A DNA stretch of 44,310 bases from Octopus bimaculoides (taxonomy: Eukaryota). The translations under genes and the position numbers were made by a program. The stretch spans positions 26,592,118 to 26,636,427 of the forward strand of contig NC_068993.1 of assembly GCF_001194135.2 (NCBI RefSeq). The letters run 5' to 3'. How positions within the stretch are numbered: position 1 is the stretch's first letter; each line of letters starts with the position of its first letter. Below, piece after piece: positions 36,171-44,310 of this stretch. A model generated the notes under the pieces. It ran no database searches and was not told where the DNA came from. It worked only from the letters and a program-made list of their open reading frames with translations.

Positions 36171-36724
36171 GAGAGAGTCATTCCCAGAGCGCTGAACCTG
36201 CGAACAAGCAAAACACATACATTGAGTATGTGCGGTCGATAATATGTACATATATATATATATATATAAAGGGATTTAAGTTAACATCTGCAAATGTAGT
36301 GCAAGATTCGTCATTTACACAATACTCGTAATATTTTAATCAATGTTATCTATTTTAATTCTATTGTAAGTAACAGAACAACGTTCTAACACTATAACTT
36401 CTCTTAAAACATGGCAGAAGGCTTAAATAGTGACAGATGTAGCCTATATAATTTGGAAAATATCTTAACGAATTGTTATTTGATATTGAATGATAAAATG
36501 TTAACTTAATTGTTACTGTTTTCATAAATATTTTCATGTATTTTTAGCCCGTTATAAATTCTATCGTCTGAGCATCAAAAAACATTCATACAATACACAT
36601 AAGCTCACAAATATGTGTCTGCAGTCTTATAAAGAGAGTGGTGTTTTGACTTGATGGTTATATAGTTACTGTTTCTAGTATGTTGAAAGACATCGGACTT
36701 AGCTTCTTTACACTATGGCTGATA

Positions 36725-37305
36725 TTAATGGTAGCATTTGTCGTAACGCTCTGAGTTCAAATTCCGCCAAGTCCGACATTTGGCTTTCATCTTTTCGGGG
36801 TCGATAAAATAAGTACCAGTTGAGCACTGGCGTCGATGTAAACTACTTAGCCCCTTCCCCGAAATTACTTTGTGCCATAATTTGAAACCAATATTAATGG
36901 TAGCAAAGAATAAAAAGTTTAGAATGGTACAACAATGCACTATAGAACAAAAAATGGACTATATACCTGTTGTAATTTGGTTATCTATAGTCCGATGATA
37001 TTTCGGAATTACAATTCCTTCTTCAGATCTTCTTCGCTGGAGTCCCTTTCGGGGTCAATAAAATAAGTACCAGATGAGTACTGGGATCGACGTAGTCAAC
37101 TATCCTCACTCCCCAAAATTCCAGGCCTTGTGTTTATAGCGAAAAGGAATATTCATGGAAGCAATGACAAATTACATTATGGTATTGGTTAATTATATTT
37201 TGATTATTATGATAATATATGGTTCCAGCCCTTTACTCTCTGAGTTCAAATCCCGCTGAGGTCAAACAACTTTGCCTTTCACCCCTTCAAAGTTGATAAA
37301 ATAAA
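36725..37305 (+). mobile_element. Three partial SINE family A copies (36725-36890, 37040-37140, 37225-37305)
   Basis: Repeated ctgagttcaaat...ctttcatc...gggtcgataaaataagtaccag segments. Confidence 0.8.
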
Positions 37306-37597
37306 ATGCGGATCTTGTTAAACTTCTTCCACCACTCGAAGTTTTTAAAATTTTCACCGGATTATTTTTAAAAAAAAAAAAAAAAGATGTATTGCTGATG
37401 TAATTTTCCATATTGGAAGAGAGACCACGTAAAATTTTCGACTTTGTTGTGTATGCTAATATCTTTGACACCATCAGCAATAAAGATTGTAACTTTCTTA
37501 TTAATCCCTAGAAAAAAAATGAACGCGATTTTCATCACCATGCAAAACTACATCGAAACAACGTTTTTTTCTCTTTTTTTTTCTGAATATATTATCA

Positions 37598-37950
37598 TCT
37601 ATCTTTTATCTTTTAGTTGTTTCAGTCATTAGACTGCGGCAATGCTGGGGCACCGCCTTGAAGAATTTTTTGTTGAATGTATTGACCCTAGTACTTAATT
37701 TTAAAGTTTGGTACTTATTCTGTCGGTCTTTTTTGCCGAACCGCTAAGTTACGGGGACGTAAACACACCAGCATCGGTTGTCAAGTAGTGGTGAGGGACA
37801 AACACACATACACACGACGGGCTTCTTTCAGTTTCCGTCCATCAAAATTCACTCACAAGGCTTTTGGTCAACCCGGATCTATAGTAGAAGACACTTGCCC
37901 AATGTGCCACGCAGAGAGACTGAACCCGAAACCATGTGGTTGGAAAGTAA
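37598..37950 (-). mobile_element. SINE family B
   Basis: Colinear with 28658-29055. Confidence 0.9.
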
Positions 37951-38024
37951 GCCTCTTGGAGTCGAGAAGCATTCTCCTCCTTTCAAAACAGCTGGCATTA
38001 TGCCTAAATTTGAAATAATAAAGA

Positions 38025-38390
38025 AGAGCGGACTGGCAGAATAGTTCGAGCGTCAGACAAAATACTTCGCGGTATTTCGCTAAACTCTTTACCTTCTAAG
38101 TTAAAATCCTGTCTAAGTCAAAACTTAGCTATTCATAAAATAAATAAAGTGCCAGTTAAGTACTGGCGTTGATGAAATTAATTGACACCCTCTCCTGAAA
38201 TATTTGTTTCAAATTTTGGCACAAAATTCCAGTGTTCGACTGGTCTTATTTTGTCGACCCCAGCGGTATTTGGACTCAGACCGTGAAGATGGATGAAATG
38301 CCGCTAAGCATTTCGCCCTGTGTGCTAACGATTCTGCCAGCTCGCCGCCTTCACCTCTCCTGAAATACCAATGGCCTTGTGCCCAACATA
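38025..38390. mobile_element. Older + strand SINE A interrupted by a younger - strand SINE A with a 14-bp TSD
   Basis: cctctcctgaaata at 38189-38202 and 38354-38367 flanks the minus-strand copy. Confidence 0.8.
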
Positions 38391-38901
38391 AAAACCATTA
38401 TGTTAAAGCTGGATAGTTTCTGTTCACTTCTTACTACAACCCCAACATTTATCGTTTTGTGAACTTCAATGAACGATATATTGATTTGTTGCTATCACAC
38501 TAGCTCTCTCTCTCTCTCTCTCTCTCTCTCCTTCCCTCTCTCTCTCTCCTTCCCTTTTCCCCCTCTCTTTCTCTGTCTCTCTCAATCCCACCCTTCTCTG
38601 TCAACCCACACATTTTCGTTACAATAAATTTTGAAGCCGTAATGGGAAAGTCTAAAGTCAATGGAGATGTTTGTTTAATGTAGTTACGATTAAGAAAGTA
38701 ACCTTTGAGCAGAGATTCACTTATTGTTGCGTTGTGACAGTATTTCGCAGCTTAAAAGAGATGGATATGTGGGTGCGTGCATCCCCATCCTCACAAATAA
38801 GTATAGATACACATACGAAAATGTACAGAGACACGTAAGTGCATGCATAATATATATATATGTATATATGTATATATATATATATGCATATATACATATA
38901 T

Positions 38902-39290
38902 TATCTTTTATTTTTTACTTGTTTCAGTCATGCGACTGCGTCTATGCTAGAGCACCGCTTTGAGAAATTTTTAATCGAATGAATCGACCCAGTATTTTTC
39001 TTTTAAGTCCGGTCTTAATCTACCGGTCTCTTTTGCCGAACCGCAACGTTACGGGTTATCAAGCGGTGGCGGTGGGGAGGGGAGACAAAAACAGACGCAA
39101 AGACACACCCTCATATATCTATACATGCAACAGGCTTCTTTCAGTTTCCATCTACCAAATCCACTCACAAAGCTTAGGTCGGCCCGAGGCGATAGTACAA
39201 GAGACTTGCCGCAGATTCCACACAGTGGGATTGAACCCGGAGCCATGTGGTTGAGAAGCGAACTTCTTACTACACAGTCACGCCTGCGCC
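38902..39290 (-). mobile_element. SINE family B
   Basis: Colinear with 28658-29055. Confidence 0.88.
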
Positions 39291-39316
39291 TATAAAAAAT
39301 TATATAGATGTATATA

Positions 39317-39351
<35 letters not shown>

Positions 39352-39653
39352 GGTAAGGGATTACTCCAAACGTTTACCGGTTTGCTTTCGGTTAGGTATT
39401 CAAAATAGGTTATATATATACGAGGTGTAGTCAAAAAGTATCCGACCTTGATTTTTTTGCACTGCCCTGAAGGATTTAGTCGAACAAATCAACTTCAGTA
39501 CTAACTGTTTAGACCTGGAACTTGTTCTATTGATGCCTTTTGTAGAACCTCTAAACTAAACACAAACACCAATTGTCAAGTAGTGGTGGGTAACAACAAA
39601 AAGACACATATACATATGTACTTATGCACGCGCCATGATTGGCGGAATAAGAA

Positions 39654-40884
39654 TACAAGAGTTAAGGAATGGAGAATATATATATATATACATACGTCAA
39701 AAGCTTGCTTATTTTTATGTTTTTTTAAAAATTTATTATTAGTGTTGCTTAATATGTTTTGCTAAAACTGCTGCTTCTTTTCGGATATCATCAGAAAAAG
39801 GTAATTAAAATTCATTAAAATGACAGATATATCGATCTTTCAAAGAGGTCAAATTGTTGGTGCTCGTATGGCAGATGCTAGCGTAACGAAAAGAGCTGAA
39901 ATGTTTGGTGTATCAAGAAGTACTGTCTCGAAAGTAATGACTACCTTGGAGAAAGAGGGAAAGACATCCTCGTCGAAACAAAACTTCGGAAGGAAAACAA
40001 AACTTTAAGATAGAGACCGTCGGACTCTTAAGCGAATTGTTAGAAAGGATCACAAAAGTACTGCTCCCAGAATTACTGCAGACCTTAATGACCATCTCAA
40101 GAATCCCACTTTCCACAAAGATTATTCGCCAGGAGCTGCACAAAGCTGGATTTCACGGGAGGGCTGCAATCAGAAAACCACTACTTTCAAAAATAAATAT
40201 TGCGAAGCGTTTAGAGGGGAGTAAAAACCTACTGAATTGGTCCCTAGAGCTGTGGAAGAATATTATTTTCTCGGACGAGCCATCCTTTACCTTATTTCCG
40301 ACTACTGGCCGAGTATACGAGTGGAGATGGCCAAAAGAAGCATTTGATCCAAACTGACTTCTTCCAACTGTTAGACATGAAGGAGGATCTGTGATGATCT
40401 GGGGAGCTATATCTTGGAAATCCGCCGGCCCAATGGTTTCCCTTCATGGCGGAATTAATAGTCAAGACTATTTAAGCATTTTATCTGATCAAATCCATCC
40501 TATGGTTGCGGAACTGTTTCCGGAGGGAAACGCAATCTTTGAGGATGATAATGCACCAATTCACACAGCTAATGTTGTTACTGAATGGCACGAGGAACAT
40601 TCTTATCTGGCCACTACAGTCCCTAGATCTCAATATTATTGAACATTTATGGTGCATTTTAGGAAAACAAGGAGTTGAAATGCTCCACCATCATCACTAC
40701 AAGAACTGGAGACTGTTTTAGCTAAAGAATGGACAAAAATTCGTTTGGAAACAATTCAAACTTTGTACGAGTTCATACCTCGTAGAATTCAAGCTGTAAT
40801 TACTGCCAAAGGTGGTACTACCCCATATTAAAATAAATTTGTTTGAAATTTTAAGGTGTTTCCATTATTTTGTCTAACCCTTGT
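39654..40884 (+). mobile_element. Near full-length inactive Tc1-like (DDE) transposon
   Basis: Transposase 39820-40831 broken by stops and frameshifts: MTDISIFQRGQIVGAR, FSDE, GGSVMIWG, FEDDNAPIH, WPLQSLDLNIIEHLW, IPRRIQAVITAKGGTTPY*. Right TIR ggtgtttccattattttgtctaacccttgt; decayed left TIR near 39654. Confidence 0.93.
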
Positions 40885-41787
40885 GTATATATATATCAGT
40901 AATATATTGAAATATTTCGTGACCTCTCAAATGAAATTTTCTTTCCTGCTTTGATTTTCCTAATATCCTTCTTTCCGATGAATTGTTCTAATCACTTTTC
41001 ACTGATTTATTTCCTATGATTTTTCTTTTCCTTTCTACTGCGATCTTTGACTTCTGACTTTGTATTCTGAAGCATTTTTTAAATTCGTTTCTGTGACTTT
41101 ATTTCCGTTCACCTATATACACCCCAAGAATATAAATATATACGCCTACTTTGTAAATAGAGACATCAAAAAACAAAAAAAGAAGAAAGAACACGGAAAC
41201 AACCAGGAAAATGCCTGTTTTCAATCGTACAAAAATATCGCAGACGTGCGTGCGTATATATATATATATATGCATTGTACATATGGTCGTGTTGAGTTTG
41301 TGTATGTGTGTGCGTAAGCATTTTTGGTTAATGTTTGCTTCGCTCTGACATGAACAGTGTAATTCCTAATTGAGCTATCACTAAACATGAGTGTAGGACA
41401 AACATAATATTGAAAACCTCATTAAATGTTGACGTTCATTTAAAAATTCATTTTACTACAACCTGATTTCTTTCTTTTTTTTTAGGGTCTTCTTAGGAGA
41501 GTCGTTACAACATTTAAGTGTAAATTCCAGTGAGCCGTTCATCTCTCCGAGGGCGATAAAATAAAGTACCAGTTAATTACTGGAGTAGGAATCATCGACA
41601 AAAACCGACCTTCAAATATCAGGTTCTCTGTCCATGTAACAAATAGTAATTATATATATATATTTTTTTTTAATGTGAATACTGTAGAGACAATGAAATT
41701 TCCAATGACCTCTATAAAGTTATCTACAAATGTATTCAGTTATAATGGGTGTGTGTCTAAATTTGTGCGCGCATATATATAAATATA

Positions 41788-41840
<53 letters not shown>

Positions 41841-41850
41841 NNNNNNNNNN

Positions 41851-41910
<60 letters not shown>

Positions 41911-42078
41911 CAGACAGAGCCAGAGACAGACAGACAGACAAGCAGACAGAGCAAGTTTACTTTTCGTTAAGGTAGGATCAACAAAAAAGCATTTCATCCG
42001 GTGAGAGTTAAATAGGGTTTTATGTGCACAGTATATAGTTATGAGATACTAATATTTTCGTACCTTGGAGACGTGTTC

Positions 42079-42263
42079 TAGGCAGGTTTTAATAATACAC
42101 CTAGGGTCTGCAAACATTGTCTAGGCTATAGGCACACCGTCTATAAATGTTACATATTACGACAATAGAGCAAGATTGTAACTTGCATTCTAACTTGTAT
42201 AGATCATGTGCGCAGAGCCCAAGATTGCTTGGAAATACTGAGTGTGTCATTAAAACCTGCCTA
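42079..42263. mobile_element. ~185-bp MITE with perfect 15-bp TIR
   Basis: taggcaggttttaat (42079-93) and attaaaacctgccta (42249-63); a related fragment lies at 8775-8850. Confidence 0.7.
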
Positions 42264-42285
42264 TATAGTATGTGTGTGTGTGTGG

Positions 42286-43095
42286 GGGGGGGTCTTATCA
42301 ATAAGTTTCCGGACTGTTGCCATAGTAACGAAGCTAAAGCGCGCAGAGTGAAGCTGTTTGGCACAGCTTGACCTTGAACACTGTTGCGCATGCGCACTAA
42401 GTTTAACGCGCTGCCGCTCTTTACAGCAGGTGTGTAGCGTGTGATTGTCACATTTACCATGACAGAGAAAGCTGAACAGAATTTGCATCAAATTTTACCA
42501 AAAGCTTGACGATACCTGCGCAAAGTTTTCAAACAGTTTTCATCGTTCTCGACACAATCAAGGGGATCTTGTGCAACTGAAACTCGAGTGTCTTCTTGGT
42601 GAGCTGAAAGCAGTTTGGCACAAACTTGGCAGGCACGCGTCAGTGATAATGGACTGAAATGAACCGTAACTAATCTGCACATGCTCTGATAACTCACGGA
42701 TGGTGATTCAATGATTTCCCATCACAGCTACTCGCACATCTGCGATGCTTTTCTCAGTTTTGCTGGTTGCTTGTCTCCCAGAACATTCGTCACTGTCGAT
42801 ATTTTTCAGCTCATACACTCCTCTCCATACCCTTTTTGCAACTTTGTGTAGGCCTCTGAGCAGGTATTGCCAAGCTTTTGGCAAAATTTGATGCAGATTC
42901 ATGGTCAATGCGACGATCACGCACTAAACACGTTCCTTCCAAGCACTTCTGTAAACAACGGAAGTGAGCTAGAGCGTTAAAATCTAATGCACATGCACAG
43001 CAAAGTTCAGGGTCAACTTTTGCCAAACGGCTTCACGCTGCGTGCTTCAGCTTCATTACTATGGCAACAGTCCGGATACTTATTGATCAGGCCTC

Positions 43096-43098
<3 letters not shown>
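42286..43098 (-). mobile_element. Mariner derivative with two 5' ends (long inverted arms)
   Basis: The minus strand from 43098 reads TIR, leader and transposase N-half (ICIKFCQKLG, SDECSGRQATSKTEKSIADVR, ITIRELSEHVQISYGSFQSII, AKFVPKLLS). 42290-42525 is a second TIR, leader and MTEKAEQ-ICIKFYQKL in the opposite orientation. Confidence 0.88.
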
Positions 43099-43157
<59 letters not shown>

Positions 43158-43190
43158 AACATAAATTGAAAACAGAACACAAAGGATATC

Positions 43191-43287
43191 GCGGTACACG
43201 TGTTTCAAGCTTTATAAACAATCTGTTATTACATCAGCATAGGTATATTATTGATATAAAAGATGGTTTAAAGCTCTCTTCAGCCGC
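43191..43287 (-). ncRNA. Type I hammerhead ribozyme, near-canonical
   Basis: Minus strand GCGG-CTGAAGA-GAGCTTT...AAAGCTT-GAAAC-ACGT-GTA-CCGC: perfect stem I, 7-bp base of stem II (G.U closing pair), palindromic stem III ACACGTGT, GUA triplet. Confidence 0.8.
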
Positions 43288-43699
43288 AAACATTGTTAGT
43301 TCAAAGATTACATCACAAAAGAAAAAGTACACGTGGTACTACCCATTATAATAGGTTTATCACATCCCTTTGAAAAGGTATATTTGTATAAAAGCTGTTG
43401 GATTTCAAAACTCTGCCCATACTATACCACTATTCAGCATAGAGTGAATGTTAAATAGATCGGATTGAGTTTATATTTAACTAGCGTGTATAAGATAGAA
43501 AGAAAAGATAAAAGGTAAAAAATAAAGTAAAAAATTTAATAAAAGTAATAGAAGTAAAAACAAGAGTAATAAAAGTAAAATTAAGGATAATAAAGTTAGA
43601 TTCATATATAAATAAGATTTAGCAAAATTGGAATAAAGTAAGAAACGAAATAAAAACATAAAGTAGAATAAGAGATAAAGAGATAAAATACTATAGATC

Positions 43700-43870
43700 T
43701 GAGAACAGGATTATTGGCTTGGATGAGATTGTAGTGGTCATAAATAATTTCTTAGTTTGACCACTCGTTGAATTATAGATTAAGGTTGTAATTTGATATC
43801 AATGTTATGAATGGTCAGTTTACCCAAACACACCACTAAAAATTACTAGCTTTATAAACTTATCTATTAC
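43700..43870 (-). mobile_element. Possible PLE GIY-YIG C-terminal relic upstream of the 43191 HHR
   Basis: LTIHNIDIK/TLIYNSTSGQTKKLF resembles HxIDW...IxxxxxxxRKxxES; followed by a pyrimidine/T-rich 3' region leading to the HHR. Confidence 0.35.
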
Positions 43871-44310
43871 CTGGGTACATACATACACTTACTTAGAAAT
43901 CATAGGATATGTATATGTGTGCATACATGCACGCACTCATACAGATACATACGCTAACATTGCTCGAGCGTATCCAAGTACGCCTCGTTATGCACAGCTC
44001 TAAATACATGAATATACACATACATCTCCACACATATCTACAGTTACACCCGAGTAACCATATACATACACTCACATATCCACATATCCTTAAGCACACG
44101 TACAGATATAGATATATATATATCTCCATGTATAGTATCCGCATACATGCATGCACGTCCATCCATGTATACACACATACAATACACTTTACAAGTGTAT
44201 ATCTTGTTCTTGAGTACGTAACAGTTATATTTAATATACTATTCTCAATAGATTGAGCTACATATATTTTTTTTTTTAATTAAATTTAAAAAAAAAAATT
44301 TTTTAATTTA

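Larger units (their letters stand above)
4934..41850. other. Eleven assembly gaps (approx. 4934-5217, 6141-6150, 7344-7501, 18173-18477, 20190-20234, 21258-21313, 22729-23198, 28175-28483, 30059-30068, 32743-32791, 41841-41850)
   Basis: N runs, mostly adjacent to microsatellites. Confidence 0.98.

Noticed and set aside
686-44256. Numerous track ORFs rich in HT/CV/YI/X repeats
   Set aside because: They are translations of microsatellites and N gaps, not genes.
1-44310. CRISPR arrays, rRNA, genuine tRNA genes, prokaryotic operons
   Set aside because: No repeat-spacer arrays or rRNA similarity; the tRNA-like boxes occur only as SINE heads.

Overview
Eukaryotic, AT-rich, microsatellite-dense animal DNA with 11 assembly gaps. 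It is most likely a coleoid cephalopod (Octopus-like); this is inferred from my recollection of the SINE families and was not checked against a database. No host protein-coding gene is convincingly supported: most track ORFs are (CA)n/(TA)n/N-run artefacts and the rest are transposon relics. The window is a transposon graveyard: Tc1 and mariner, hAT, Helitron, RTE LINEs, two RLE-type LINE 3' ends (Hero-like and R4/Dong-like), two tRNA-derived SINE families, MITEs/foldbacks and several Penelope-like element (PLE) relics. The main signal not shown by the ORF track is a high density of type I hammerhead ribozyme (HHR) motifs. Three are near-intact (13286-13388 +, 29131-29218 -, 43191-43287 -) and share an unusual fold: a 59-76 nt stem II and a 2-bp stem III with a 4-nt loop. 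Several decayed HHRs and five copies of a short microsatellite-embedded repeat with a minimal HHR-like core are also present. Other notable structures are a TIR element enclosing telomere-type repeats, a ~237-bp near-perfect palindrome, and a mariner derivative with two 5' ends. All translations and pairings were done by eye, and relic boundaries are approximate.
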